Shown: one piece after another, positions 1 to 9,161 of the stretch | Position numbering within the stretch: the first letter of the stretch is position 1 | How the letters are laid out: every line of letters starts with the position of its first letter | Source of the DNA: Escherichia phage slur09 | Strand: one strand, 5' to 3' | Length of the DNA: 64,000 nt | Sequence record: NC_028840.1 | Notes under the pieces: model-generated | The model's database searches: none | Told to the model about the DNA's origin: nothing | What the model saw: the letters and a program-made list of their open reading frames with translations, nothing else | Made by a program: the position numbers and the translations under genes

Positions 1-127
1 CCTATATCTAGGATCCGCCGTTAAAAGAGCCAATGAACTTCGTTTACAATTGCACGGTGAAAATGCTGTTATAGAAACTTTTGATTCTACAAAATCTTTA
101 CCAACTTTAGAGGAACTTAATAAATGA
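1..127 (+). CDS. HNH/AP2-type homing endonuclease, 3' end only (5' end lies outside the window)
   Basis: Frame open from window edge to TGA at 125-127; translation ...RANELRLQLHGENAVIETFDSTKSLPTLEELNK closely matches the C-termini of the HNH genes at 7031-7567 and 63556-64000. Confidence 0.6.
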   Translation, partial: LYLGSAVKRANELRLQLHGENAVIETFDSTKSLPTLEELNK

Positions 128-876
128 GTGTACTAGTGGGTCTGCATGGCGAAGCAGGTGCAGGAAAAGATACCGTTGCAAAATTAATTATCGATTGGTG
201 TAATGACACGTATCCAACGTGTTTATCCCGTCGTTATAGTTTTGCTAAGCCCGTTTATGAACTTGCATCCGTAATCCTCGGTGTAACTCCAGAGTTTCTA
301 GGAGAGCGCAGGGGGAAAGAGGTTGACCAATGGTTTACGGTCACACAATCTCAATTGGAGCGAGCCAGAGATGTGTGGTTTAAGTACGGTATCGATAAGT
401 TTGAAGACTTCTCGTACGTTTGGCCTATTTTTGAGGAAAAATACCTTAATCCTCAACAACTTATCTCAGAGAATAAAGAAGACGGACTTTATAGTTTATT
501 TATTTCTCCGAGAAAAATGTTACAGCTCGTAGGGACAGAGCTAGGAAGGCAGCTGGTGCATGAACGCATTTGGCTCATAATTCTGGAGCAATCCATCGCT
601 AAAGACGACCCAGACGTCGCCGTAATAACAGATGTTAGATTCCCCAATGAAGGAGAGCTACTCAGAGAAACAAACCATTTAGATATGGATTCTTTGATAG
701 TAAATGTAGTACCCGCTGAGCAGAAGCTTACTATTAAATCAGATCATCCATCTGAAAGTGGTATTCCTGCAAAATATATTACTCACGAATTAGTCAATAA
801 ATTCGATGGTATCAATAACCTTAAACTAGAAGTTTATAACTTCTGTGACTTAGAGCTAGAACCACTAGTTGGATAA
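124..876 (+). CDS. dnk: deoxynucleoside monophosphate kinase
   Basis: 250 aa; N-terminal P-loop GLHGEAGAGKDT; ATG overlaps upstream stop; position in early module. Confidence 0.7.
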   Translation: MSVLVGLHGEAGAGKDTVAKLIIDWCNDTYPTCLSRRYSFAKPVYELASVILGVTPEFLGERRGKEVDQWFTVTQSQLERARDVWFKYGIDKFEDFSYVWPIFEEKYLNPQQLISENKEDGLYSLFISPRKMLQLVGTELGRQLVHERIWLIILEQSIAKDDPDVAVITDVRFPNEGELLRETNHLDMDSLIVNVVPAEQKLTIKSDHPSESGIPAKYITHELVNKFDGINNLKLEVYNFCDLELEPLVG

Positions 877-888
877 TCAAGGATCGCT

Positions 889-1488
889 ATGACTAATAAA
901 AAAGAAGAAAAGACTAACCTGTTTCACTCCATTCGCCAATCTAATGAGTATACCTTTTTCTTTGATGAAGAATTAGGTCCGCCAGATGAATACCGTGATT
1001 TATCAATGGTACTTATGCAAGCAAATGAGGACGACGAAATTAATCTGATGATTAATGGCCCTGGTGGTTATGTTGATACTGCTGCACAGTTATCTAACTT
1101 AATTGCTAATTGCCGTGGAACAGTTATAGGACATCTGGTTGGTCCTAGTGCTTCTGCTTACTGCACAATTTTCCTATCCTGCCATGGATGGGTAGTACAT
1201 CCACATGCTACGCTAATGGGACACACGTTCTCCGGCGGATTCTGTGAGAAGGGTCAAGAAATCAAGAAAGCCTATGAATCTTACAATAAGTTCGTAGAAG
1301 ATATGATGCTAGATGTCTACTATCCGTTCTTCTCAATAGACGAAATCGACGAGATGGTAAAAGACAACAAAAATATCTATCTAGATAGCAAAGAAATCCA
1401 TAAGCGTATTGAAATCTTGGCAAAATATCGATCTGAGCAATATAATAAAGCCCAGTTACCTCAATCCGAGGAGCATAACGAAGAGTAA
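889..1488 (+). CDS. ClpP-like serine protease (S14-like fold)
   Basis: 199 aa; LMINGPGGYV...GPSASAY...LMGHTFSGG resembles ClpP INSPGG / active-site Ser / His contexts. Confidence 0.55.
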   Translation: MTNKKEEKTNLFHSIRQSNEYTFFFDEELGPPDEYRDLSMVLMQANEDDEINLMINGPGGYVDTAAQLSNLIANCRGTVIGHLVGPSASAYCTIFLSCHGWVVHPHATLMGHTFSGGFCEKGQEIKKAYESYNKFVEDMMLDVYYPFFSIDEIDEMVKDNKNIYLDSKEIHKRIEILAKYRSEQYNKAQLPQSEEHNEE

Positions 1489-1496
1489 GTAATTTT

Positions 1497-1530
1497 AAGC
1501 CAGGGTTTAACGACCCTGGCTTTTCTTTTA
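1497..1530 (+). terminator. rho-independent terminator after ClpP-like gene
   Basis: Hairpin AGCCAGGGT/ACCCTGGCT followed by TTTTCTTTT. Confidence 0.65.
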
Positions 1531-1592
1531 TCTAAAATTCTTCTTGACAACGATAAAATTTTATGCTCCAGAAGTGATCTTTAAAAACACAT

Positions 1593-1620
1593 TGTAATTT
1601 TCCTCCAAAATTAGTATAAT
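1593..1620 (+). promoter_or_regulatory. sigma70-type promoter upstream of putative holin
   Basis: TTGTAA-N16-TATAAT. Confidence 0.5.
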
Positions 1621-1644
1621 GGTAATGGTTAGAGGAGGTTACAA

Positions 1645-2301
1645 TTGGAAAAGTTCTTACAATTATTAACAGTACTGCTCCAAGAAGCGAAAGATCCAGC
1701 ATCGCTTCTTAAACGTCTGCTAACTATCTTAGTTGCTGTCATTATTTTCTTATTTGTTAGTAATACTAGCGAGGTGATGTCGTTCTTAAAGACTTTCTCC
1801 ACGTCTGCGGTTCTACAGGATGTTCAAACTCAAAGGATAGATAACTTTCCTAATGTAGCTAGAGAAAAGAGCATGGTTCTCTTTTCTCAAACGGGTGCAG
1901 ATGCTGTTTTTGTCGTCAAGTATAAACCCGATGCCATTAATGATTATTCTAACATTATTGCATGGGAAAGCAATGCGCAATTAGATAGGGCTGACTTGGC
2001 CGATAAAGCGGTAAATAAAACGTCTGAGCTATATAGACGTCACTTAGAGGGCTTTAACTACGCATCGGATTTAAGTGTAAAAGTAAATAAATACATGGGG
2101 TTAAATATACCTGCGTTTAAGAACGTTACTTTTAATTACATATACACTTGTCCGTATTTCAATCTAAACAATATCTATGCTGGATATATTGGTATTGCTT
2201 GGAAAGATAATCCTGTAGATGCGGCCGATTCTGAGAAATTTAACGAGTATTTAACAAAGCTCTGTTCTCCACAACAGAGATCTTTAGGTAGATCAATATG
2301 A
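1645..2301 (+). CDS. putative holin (TTG start)
   Basis: 218 aa; N-terminal hydrophobic helix LLTILVAVIIFLFV; RBS AGAGGAGG 6 nt upstream; stop overlaps endolysin start (ATGA). Confidence 0.5.
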   Translation: MEKFLQLLTVLLQEAKDPASLLKRLLTILVAVIIFLFVSNTSEVMSFLKTFSTSAVLQDVQTQRIDNFPNVAREKSMVLFSQTGADAVFVVKYKPDAINDYSNIIAWESNAQLDRADLADKAVNKTSELYRRHLEGFNYASDLSVKVNKYMGLNIPAFKNVTFNYIYTCPYFNLNNIYAGYIGIAWKDNPVDAADSEKFNEYLTKLCSPQQRSLGRSI

Positions 2302-2711
2302 GTTTTAAATTTGGTAAAAATAGCGAAAAACAATTAGCTACCGTTAAGCCAGAGCTACAAAAAGTAGCTCGTAGAGCTTTAGAATTATCTCCATATGATT
2401 TCACGATCGTACAGGGTATTCGTACAGTAGCACAAAGTGCCCAGAATATTGCTAATGGTACTTCATTTTTAAAAGATCCTAGTAAAAGCAAGCATATTAC
2501 TGGGGATGCCCTTGATTTTGCTCCATACATTAATGGCAAAATTGATTGGAATGACTTAGAAGCATTTTGGGCAGTTAAAAAGGCTTTTGAACAAGCTGGT
2601 AAAGAACTAGGCATTAAACTTCGTTTTGGTGCTGATTGGAATGCTTCAGGAGATTATCACGACGAAATAAAACGTGGTACCTATGATGGCGGTCATGTCG
2701 AACTAGTTTAA
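2298..2711 (+). CDS. lys: endolysin, L-alanyl-D-glutamate peptidase (M15-like)
   Basis: 137 aa; HITGDALD ... DWN ... GGHVE zinc-binding pattern; same length as T5 endolysin. Confidence 0.85.
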   Translation: MSFKFGKNSEKQLATVKPELQKVARRALELSPYDFTIVQGIRTVAQSAQNIANGTSFLKDPSKSKHITGDALDFAPYINGKIDWNDLEAFWAVKKAFEQAGKELGIKLRFGADWNASGDYHDEIKRGTYDGGHVELV

Positions 2712-2720
2712 TTAATAACT

Positions 2721-2747
2721 GAGGCGGGAATATTCCCGCCTTTTTAG
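2721..2747 (+). terminator. rho-independent terminator after endolysin
   Basis: Perfect hairpin GGCGGGAATATTCCCGCC followed by TTTTT. Confidence 0.7.
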
Positions 2748-2788
2748 GCAAAGGGGGCTTTAATAATTTTTGAAGACAGGAGAAAGCC

Positions 2789-3205
2789 ATGTTTGCAGAA
2801 CTATTCACTATGATGCTGCTAGGTATCTGGAAAATAAGTCTAGTAGTATTCGTTTTAATGATAGTCTTTACTATCATTGCATTAACTACCCGAAATAGCT
2901 TATTAATAAAGGTTATTCACGGACTAGAGTATATAATTATGGGTTCATTCGGCGTTTGTAAATGCAATTGCCATAGAGATACGAAATATTGTTGGTTATG
3001 GATGGAACTAGAGAATCCTATATCCATAGCTTTGGCTGTTTCATTCGGCATGATTCTTATGGCCCTTACTCTAGCATTAATACCTTTGATGTTAGCTGGG
3101 GGAGTTACAGCGTATTTCACCCTTTTCTCCCCGATACTTATGTACTCAATTTACCCAATAACTATGTATCTAGTTAGGAAAAGATTTATACATGCAGTAG
3201 ATTAA
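2789..3205 (+). CDS. polytopic membrane protein, unknown function
   Basis: 138 aa with about four hydrophobic segments; RBS AGGAGAAAG upstream. Confidence 0.4.
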   Translation: MFAELFTMMLLGIWKISLVVFVLMIVFTIIALTTRNSLLIKVIHGLEYIIMGSFGVCKCNCHRDTKYCWLWMELENPISIALAVSFGMILMALTLALIPLMLAGGVTAYFTLFSPILMYSIYPITMYLVRKRFIHAVD

Positions 3206-3218
3206 GATAAAAAAGTAG

Positions 3219-3247
3219 TTGACTTTTAGCCCCAGTTATTATATAAT
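3219..3247 (+). promoter_or_regulatory. strong T5-type early promoter
   Basis: TTGACT-N17-TATAAT, A-rich upstream, ATAAATT motif downstream. Confidence 0.65.
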
Positions 3248-3280
3248 ATATACATAAATTAGTTAAGAGAGGTATATATT

Positions 3281-3712
3281 ATGTCTGATCGTTTCTATAC
3301 TCAAATGGCGGAACATTTTCGTATACCACATTACGAGCTAAACATTGCACTCCGTGATCATGACTCTCCTGAGTACAAAAAGCTCGAAAAGAAAGCGGAA
3401 AAATCTATTGATACAAAGGTAGGTGCATCTATGTCTAAGGGCAAAAAGTTAACTCGTCTTGATCTTAATAAAATTTTAACCGAACTTTTGGGTACTGATA
3501 TTGAAGGTGCTAAATTACCACTTCTTGTACTAGAGACTATGATTAAAAAGGTCAAAAATAAAGAATATAAGAAGGTAGAAGTCCCAGAAGGCAGATTGAA
3601 GGCTCCTTATCAGGAAGCATTAACCGAGTGTTTGGGTGTAAATCTTGATTTGAGCACCGCAACTGTAAAAACTATGAAAAACTTCTTAGAGGCCATTAAT
3701 AACTATGAGTAA
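3281..3712 (+). CDS. hypothetical protein
   Basis: 143 aa ORF downstream of promoter at 3219-3247 with RBS AAGAGAGG. Confidence 0.5.
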   Translation: MSDRFYTQMAEHFRIPHYELNIALRDHDSPEYKKLEKKAEKSIDTKVGASMSKGKKLTRLDLNKILTELLGTDIEGAKLPLLVLETMIKKVKNKEYKKVEVPEGRLKAPYQEALTECLGVNLDLSTATVKTMKNFLEAINNYE

Positions 3713-3995
3713 ATTAGTATATCTATTGAAAGGTTCCACTTGCAATCCTTGCAAAATGTTTGAGCCAGTATTTGATAAAGTAGTCAGTGACTATAATTTG
3801 GAAATCCATAAAGAGACTGATAATACAGAATTAATGCAGAAATTTGGTGTGCGCCAAGTTCCTGTAGTAGTTCTGGCGGATCGCTTACCTAATGGTCGAG
3901 TAGAAGCTAATCATATTCTGATTGGACGTCAGCTTCGTAAAGAAACTATGCACGAAGCTATTAAAAATTTCCTGGATGATAATCCAGAGGACTAA
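3705..3995 (+). CDS. thioredoxin/glutaredoxin-like protein
   Basis: 96 aa; C-x-x-C motif CNPC in thioredoxin-like N-terminal context; start overlaps upstream stop. Confidence 0.5.
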   Translation: MSKLVYLLKGSTCNPCKMFEPVFDKVVSDYNLEIHKETDNTELMQKFGVRQVPVVVLADRLPNGRVEANHILIGRQLRKETMHEAIKNFLDDNPED

Positions 3996-4000
3996 TAAAC

Positions 4001-4034
4001 AAAGCCTGATCTTAGCTGATCAGGCTTTTATTTT
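4001..4034 (+). terminator. rho-independent terminator
   Basis: Hairpin AGCCTGATC/GATCAGGCT followed by TTTATTTT. Confidence 0.65.
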
Positions 4035-4036
4035 AC

Positions 4037-4065
4037 TTGCTTTTTGCTAAAAATTTTGGTATAAT
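4037..4065 (+). promoter_or_regulatory. strong T5-type early promoter
   Basis: TTGCTT-N17-TATAAT. Confidence 0.6.
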
Positions 4066-4092
4066 ATTTATATAGATTGATAGGAGGATTAA

Positions 4093-4338
4093 ATGTTAGC
4101 AGAGCAAGCAAAACGTTTAGCTAGAGTTAATAGAGCTGCTCTTCTCAAGAGCCGAAAGAAAACGTATAGATGGGTTAAGCGGAGGATAGTATCTTCTGTC
4201 GAGATTGGAGGTTCTTTTGTACAGCTTAATCGTGACGAAATTAGTTATGAAGCTATAAAAGCCCTCAATAAAGAGGGTTATACTCTCAAACTATCAAATA
4301 ATTATGGTACAACTATTTTAAATGTTATTTGGGAATAA
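4093..4338 (+). CDS. hypothetical protein
   Basis: 81 aa basic ORF with RBS TAGGAGGA upstream. Confidence 0.45.
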   Translation: MLAEQAKRLARVNRAALLKSRKKTYRWVKRRIVSSVEIGGSFVQLNRDEISYEAIKALNKEGYTLKLSNNYGTTILNVIWE

Positions 4339-4340
4339 TT

Positions 4341-5204
4341 ATGAAAAAAGAATTTAATGTGCATAAAACACTAGTAGTACCTGATGATGTTAACTTATTC
4401 TTTGTTGGGGATATTCATGGATGCAACGATTTACTAGAAGATGCACTACAATTAGCTGGCTATAACGGCAAGAAAGACTGCGTTGTATGCGTAGGGGATT
4501 TAATTGATCGAGGCACGCAGAACCTACAAGTTTTAGCCAAATTCCTGTATAATCCACGCTTTATCAGTGTCCGTGGTAATCATGACCAATTTATGATTGT
4601 GGGAGATTGGGCTAACTGGATGTATAACGGTGGTATGTGGGCCATGAATGAACTAGATGCAGATACCATTAAAAATATTGCTGAAGACATGGCTGAAAAA
4701 ATGCCAGTATTTCTGACTGTATTGCATCGTGGTAAAAAGTATGGTGTTGTTCATGGTGGTGTACCTTTTACGTACAAAGAATGCGGTAACGAAGTAGAAA
4801 CCCCAGTATGGGATAGCCTTATTGCACAAGTAGAAACAGCTAAGGAAGACCCACATGACCATCCTGGATACCATGTTGAGCCATACTTATGGGATCGAGA
4901 TGTAATCCAAGAAATAGGTTTTCACTTAGCTAAAAATGGTGAAGAACACTCACATTTCCAGCGTTATGCAGGGTTTAAAGAGAAATACATGGTAGAAGTA
5001 CCTCCGGTTAATGGAGTAGACTTTGTATTTCATGGGCATACCGGAGTACCTTACCCGATTTTATACCAGAACCGTGTTTACCTAGATACTGGCGGTGTTT
5101 TCAACGGGCAGTTGACGGTTGCGCAGGTTAACGATGAAACTGGCAAAATCACCACATTTACCACAGACAAAAATGATAGCTGCGGTGTACAGAGGATCCT
5201 TTAA
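4341..5204 (+). CDS. Ser/Thr protein phosphatase (calcineurin-like metallophosphoesterase)
   Basis: GDIHGC, GDLIDRG, GNHD, HGG, GHTG phosphoesterase motifs; start taken at ATG 4341 (MKKEF) rather than track start 4329. Confidence 0.75.
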   Translation: MKKEFNVHKTLVVPDDVNLFFVGDIHGCNDLLEDALQLAGYNGKKDCVVCVGDLIDRGTQNLQVLAKFLYNPRFISVRGNHDQFMIVGDWANWMYNGGMWAMNELDADTIKNIAEDMAEKMPVFLTVLHRGKKYGVVHGGVPFTYKECGNEVETPVWDSLIAQVETAKEDPHDHPGYHVEPYLWDRDVIQEIGFHLAKNGEEHSHFQRYAGFKEKYMVEVPPVNGVDFVFHGHTGVPYPILYQNRVYLDTGGVFNGQLTVAQVNDETGKITTFTTDKNDSCGVQRIL

Positions 5205-5491
5205 TGAATGATAGAATGAAAGAAGTACAAGAAGAATTACGAGCAATGCGTATTGATGCCCTTCGTTGGAGGGCATTAGTTAATGCTTTCGTCAAAGGAG
5301 ATACCGGAGTAATATATTCTGGAATAGCAGTCAATTTTTGTTTTAATTCTCCTGCTGAAATAGAGATAGAAACAAGGCTTACTACCTACCTTAATGAGGT
5401 AGACCTTAAGGGAGGAGAGACTCCCGAGGAGTTTAAAACTAGAGTATTAACTACCTGGGTTGATAATTTAATACAAAAAAGGAGTAAGTGA
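5204..5491 (+). CDS. hypothetical protein
   Basis: 95 aa ORF, start overlaps upstream stop. Confidence 0.45.
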   Translation: MNDRMKEVQEELRAMRIDALRWRALVNAFVKGDTGVIYSGIAVNFCFNSPAEIEIETRLTTYLNEVDLKGGETPEEFKTRVLTTWVDNLIQKRSK

Positions 5492-6081
5492 TGAAGGTTA
5501 AATTCTGGTCGGACTTGCACTTAGACCACCCTGGAGCACTACGTTTCCGTCCGTGGTTTAAGAACATGAAAGAGCACGATGAGTATATTCTAGATACTTT
5601 GTCCAAGCATATTGGTAAACGAACAAAACTTATTTTGCTAGGAGATATTGCAGTAGGTCGTGAAGGCCTGGCCAAATTAAAGTCGGTTATCCACAATGTC
5701 CCTAATCAACTCATTATGGGTAATCATGATGCGGAGCGTCAAGGGCTGAGTATTAGGGACTTAGCGGAAGTTTATGACGATATTCAAGCTCTAGGCAAAC
5801 AGACTGGAGGTGGCAAAAAGTTTTGGCTATCTCACTGCCCTTTGCATCCCAATGAACTTCGTGGCAAACTAAATATTCACGGACATGTACATACTACTTC
5901 CCTACGTGATCCACGTTATATTAATGTCTCATTTGAAATGAGTAAAACTCCAATTCCGCTAGAGGATATTGTGTCTGGTAAGTTTACTAGTTATGATAGA
6001 GTAGTTAATTGTACTACCGGCGAAGTATTACAAATAGGGGAAGATGTAGCTGCTGTATTACGTGGCGATATAAATGTCTAA
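5491..6081 (+). CDS. metallophosphoesterase
   Basis: DLHLD, GD, GNHD, GHVH motifs; RBS AAAAGGAG 6 nt upstream of ATG 5491. Confidence 0.65.
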   Translation: MKVKFWSDLHLDHPGALRFRPWFKNMKEHDEYILDTLSKHIGKRTKLILLGDIAVGREGLAKLKSVIHNVPNQLIMGNHDAERQGLSIRDLAEVYDDIQALGKQTGGGKKFWLSHCPLHPNELRGKLNIHGHVHTTSLRDPRYINVSFEMSKTPIPLEDIVSGKFTSYDRVVNCTTGEVLQIGEDVAAVLRGDINV

Positions 6082-6188
6082 GTATATAGCCGAGGCTATT
6101 ATTAAACGAATCATACAAGCGATAGCAATACTTATAATCATTTGTATTACTATTGGCACAGGATTAGGCATTTTAACTAAAAGTTTTA

Positions 6189-6218
6189 TTTGCTAAAATG
6201 CTTAAGTTTCTGTATAAT
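6189..6218 (+). promoter_or_regulatory. strong T5-type early promoter
   Basis: TTGCTA-N18-TATAAT followed by ATAAATT and RBS. Confidence 0.65.
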
Positions 6219-6248
6219 TACTTTATAAATTGATGAGAAGGAATCAAA

Positions 6249-6680
6249 ATGAACAAAGTTGATAAAGCTCTAGTTTTCGCAGCAGCAGATAAGTTTGAAC
6301 AAGTTAAGGCAACTTTCCGAACCTTGTTCCAGTCTTACGTTCAGGATAAGTCTAATCCTATTTCTGAACGCTTGATGGTTTGGGAGTGTCATGCTTGCAA
6401 TGCCCTGCTAATTGCTGATTACCGTAGTGATATAGATAAAGATCTTTGTGAAATCCTTATCCCCAAGGAAGCAGAACGTTATCAGTTAATCTCTTTCCAA
6501 GATTTGGCGGAGCATATCATTCCTGATGATCTTTGGGATAAATACTATGGGGATCCTGAAGATGAAGGAATGACTCCAGAAGCCTGTATTGAGCTGATCT
6601 GCAAAGATCATCCTGAAATTGCGGAGAAATTTGAAAAAGTTTTTGCTTCTGAGTTCTCCGGCGTTGTTAACGATTGGTAA
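6249..6680 (+). CDS. hypothetical acidic protein
   Basis: 143 aa ORF behind promoter 6189-6218. Confidence 0.5.
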   Translation: MNKVDKALVFAAADKFEQVKATFRTLFQSYVQDKSNPISERLMVWECHACNALLIADYRSDIDKDLCEILIPKEAERYQLISFQDLAEHIIPDDLWDKYYGDPEDEGMTPEACIELICKDHPEIAEKFEKVFASEFSGVVNDW

Positions 6681-6697
6681 GTAATTAAAAAATTCAG

Positions 6698-6726
6698 TTG
6701 CTTTAAGCCTTAAAATTCTGTATAAT
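6698..6726 (+). promoter_or_regulatory. strong T5-type early promoter
   Basis: TTGCTT-N17-TATAAT followed by ATAAATT; near-identical architecture to 6189-6218. Confidence 0.65.
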
Positions 6727-6758
6727 AAGTTCATAAATTAATGAGAGAGGAAATTCTA

Positions 6759-7037
6759 ATGGAAAACATGACTAAAGATTTCGACGCCTCTAACCTTACT
6801 AAGACTGAAATGGCCAATGTATTAGCAATTCTCCTCGACATGCAAGGATTTGAGGGGCAACTGATGAAAATGTCTATTCCGGCGATGAAGAAGATGTATG
6901 ATTCTCTTAACAAGAACGCTATGGCCTTTAACTTAGCAAAACAAGAGGCACGCTTTGCTAAGGAGCATCAAGCAGTGGCAGAACGCCGAGCAGCTAGCTT
7001 TGAGCGTGAAGTCAAGCAATTAAAGAAAAAATGCTAA
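6759..7037 (+). CDS. hypothetical protein
   Basis: ORF behind promoter 6698-6726; start chosen at ATG 6759 behind GAGAGAGG (track start 6741). Confidence 0.45.
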   Translation: MENMTKDFDASNLTKTEMANVLAILLDMQGFEGQLMKMSIPAMKKMYDSLNKNAMAFNLAKQEARFAKEHQAVAERRAASFEREVKQLKKKC

Positions 7038-7567
7038 CACAAGAAAGATTAAAAGAGTTATTTGAATACCGCCCGGAAACGGGCGAGTTTATAAGGAAAG
7101 TCAGTAGAGGACGAGGTAAAGCAGGTAGTATTGCTGGTAGTCCTGATAAGGATGGTTATATATTTATTGGGATAAATAGAAAAAGATATGCAGCCCATAG
7201 ATTAGCCTTTTTGTACATGGAGGGGTATATTCCAAATCTAGTACACCACTTAAATAACATAAGAAAAGATAATAGATGGTGTAATTTAAAAGATTGTACG
7301 TCCCAAGAGAATAATCGTAGCAAAATCGCTCAATCTAATTAGGGGTACTTAGGAGTTACCTGGAAAAAAGATCGACAACAATGGAGAGTCCAGGCCAGAA
7401 GCGCCGAAAGCATTACAGTACACGGAGGCTACTTTAGGTACCTAGATTTAGAGTTGGCAGTTCAAAGAGCTAATGAACTACGTTTAGAACTACATGGGCC
7501 TAATGCTGTTATAGAAACTTTTGATCATACAAAACCCTTACCTACTTTAGAGGACTTAAATAAATGA
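7031..7567 (+). pseudogene. HNH/AP2 homing endonuclease interrupted by an in-frame TAG at 7340-7342
   Basis: HNH part (AHRLAFLY...HHLNNIRKDNRWCNL) ends at TAG; same frame continues GYLGVTWKKDRQQWRV...ELHGPNAVIETFDHT to TGA 7565-7567, colinear with the intact paralog at 63556-64000 where Ser occupies the TAG position. Confidence 0.55.
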
Positions 7568-7845
7568 TTACAGAAATTCTCATTGGATTGCTAGTGCTTA
7601 TGACACTAGTAGCGATTGGCGGAGTTATTGGGATTGTGAATGCACGAAAAAGCATGGAAAATATGCTTATTACTAATGATGGACTACACCACCGTTTGCT
7701 AGAGCAAGAGCAGGACATTGAATTAGCACAAAGACGCTCGGATATTCTTAAGGAAAAATTAAATAATATAGAAGCAATAGTTGGGAATAATAAATTACCT
7801 GCTAAAGTAATGCGTACACAGATAATCACGGAGATTAAAAAATGA
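7564..7845 (+). CDS. small membrane protein
   Basis: 93 aa, N-terminal TM helix then coiled-coil-like charged region. Confidence 0.45.
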   Translation: MITEILIGLLVLMTLVAIGGVIGIVNARKSMENMLITNDGLHHRLLEQEQDIELAQRRSDILKEKLNNIEAIVGNNKLPAKVMRTQIITEIKK

Positions 7846-8087
7846 TGATGTTTATTCTAGCGTTTTATTTGATTGTAGTTGGTGTACTGGTTACTAAGTA
7901 CCATACATGGGCACCAAAGAATATAGTTAAGGTAGCACTGTTTGTTATTCCAGTCCCGCTTATTATACTTTCTATGTTACTGGTGATGTTAATCGGTAAA
8001 ATAACAAAAACCGATATTAAACGTATTGCTGATGAATTGCAACAGTCTTGTGATATGGTAGAGGATATTCTTAAAGATGAAGCTTAA
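7842..8087 (+). CDS. small membrane protein
   Basis: 81 aa, two hydrophobic segments; ATGA overlap with upstream gene. Confidence 0.45.
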   Translation: MMMFILAFYLIVVGVLVTKYHTWAPKNIVKVALFVIPVPLIILSMLLVMLIGKITKTDIKRIADELQQSCDMVEDILKDEA

Positions 8088-8403
8088 TTTTAATGAATTA
8101 AATACCTTACATAAGATACTACAGTTTGTGAATAATAATATTAGCATTCCAGATGATACGCTAGAAGTTCTCATGTTAATCGAGAAAAAGGTAGGAATTG
8201 AAATTGAGGACTCCTGGAAACCGCTTTCTGTATTAACACCCCTTAATATGAAAGTGATAGTTAAAAATATCGATACTGGTGAAGAATGTAAGATGATTCG
8301 TAAAGAACTAGCTGATAGCTATTCACCAAAGTCTGTAGTAATGTACCATGATGATACCGCTAAGACTCTACAGACAGCTAATTACGTATGGCGTCTCCCA
8401 TGA
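8077..8403 (+). CDS. hypothetical protein
   Basis: 108 aa ORF. Confidence 0.45.
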   Translation: MKLNFNELNTLHKILQFVNNNISIPDDTLEVLMLIEKKVGIEIEDSWKPLSVLTPLNMKVIVKNIDTGEECKMIRKELADSYSPKSVVMYHDDTAKTLQTANYVWRLP

Positions 8404-8502
8404 TTGATTTAGTACCAATTACTGCGGGGCTAATAGCACTATTAGTGCTTGCAGTTTTTATTATTGTGGAGTAGGCCAAAGTAATAAGGAGACTTAAAAA
8501 CA

Positions 8503-8703
8503 ATGATAAAACGTCTTGTTTATCAGGCACCAAAGATTGTAACTGAGTATTTTGTATTACTGCCTCAGATTGTATTTCTAACAGCATTATTTAATACACT
8601 TTTTCGACATCTAGGAATAACGGAAAATATCTTCTACACTTCTGGGTTACTTCCTTTTATGTACGAAGGCATCATCGTGGCAATCAACGGAGTTCGTAAA
8701 TGA
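8503..8703 (+). CDS. hypothetical protein
   Basis: 66 aa ORF with RBS AAGGAGA upstream. Confidence 0.35.
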   Translation: MIKRLVYQAPKIVTEYFVLLPQIVFLTALFNTLFRHLGITENIFYTSGLLPFMYEGIIVAINGVRK

Positions 8704-9161
8704 CAGCACTACAACAACTACAGAATTACTGGTTTGATAACCAATTTAACGATCTTTTCATCCAGTTGTTTGTCGAAACGAACGGACGCTTCAACTACCG
8801 ATTCTTTAACAAGTTTCACGAAACAAAATTCTCGCATACAGAAATTAATGCAGCGATCCAAGACCTAACTGGTTCTAAAGTAGTTCAATATCGTGAAGTA
8901 GACTTTACACCAGATTGTTTCGGGTTTGAATTGTTTAAGAAAGCATATAAATTTGGTAAGTTTGAGGATGCTCGTCAATGGGTTCATGATTTCTGGTACA
9001 ACACTGATATTGTTCCTAGTCGTGTACTGATTCTTAACTGGATTGCCAAACAACATCCGCCTAAAGCTCAATCGTCCTTCTTACCAACTGATACAGGAAA
9101 CCTCTACCATGACAGAAAAGAAAAATCCATTATTGGAGCAGATGAAGGAGTGGGAGAGTAA
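8700..9161 (+). CDS. hypothetical protein
   Basis: 153 aa ORF, start overlaps upstream stop. Confidence 0.5.
   Translation: MTALQQLQNYWFDNQFNDLFIQLFVETNGRFNYRFFNKFHETKFSHTEINAAIQDLTGSKVVQYREVDFTPDCFGFELFKKAYKFGKFEDARQWVHDFWYNTDIVPSRVLILNWIAKQHPPKAQSSFLPTDTGNLYHDRKEKSIIGADEGVGE

Noticed and set aside
2240-2877. Minus-strand ORFs 2240-2614 and 2614-2877 and similar antisense ORFs inside large genes (e.g. 31954-32481, 53546-54124, 56698-57333)
   Set aside because: They run antisense to well-supported genes, lack RBS and have low-complexity translations; typical shadow ORFs.
6076-6195. 39-aa hydrophobic micro-ORF overlapping the stop of 5491-6081
   Set aside because: No ribosome-binding site and it overlaps the UP element of the promoter at 6189; left unannotated though translational coupling cannot be excluded.
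8400-8474. 24-aa hydrophobic micro-ORF (MIDLVPITAGLIALLVLAVFIIVE)
   Set aside because: Too short to support without expression data, though it has the ATGA overlap typical of this operon.
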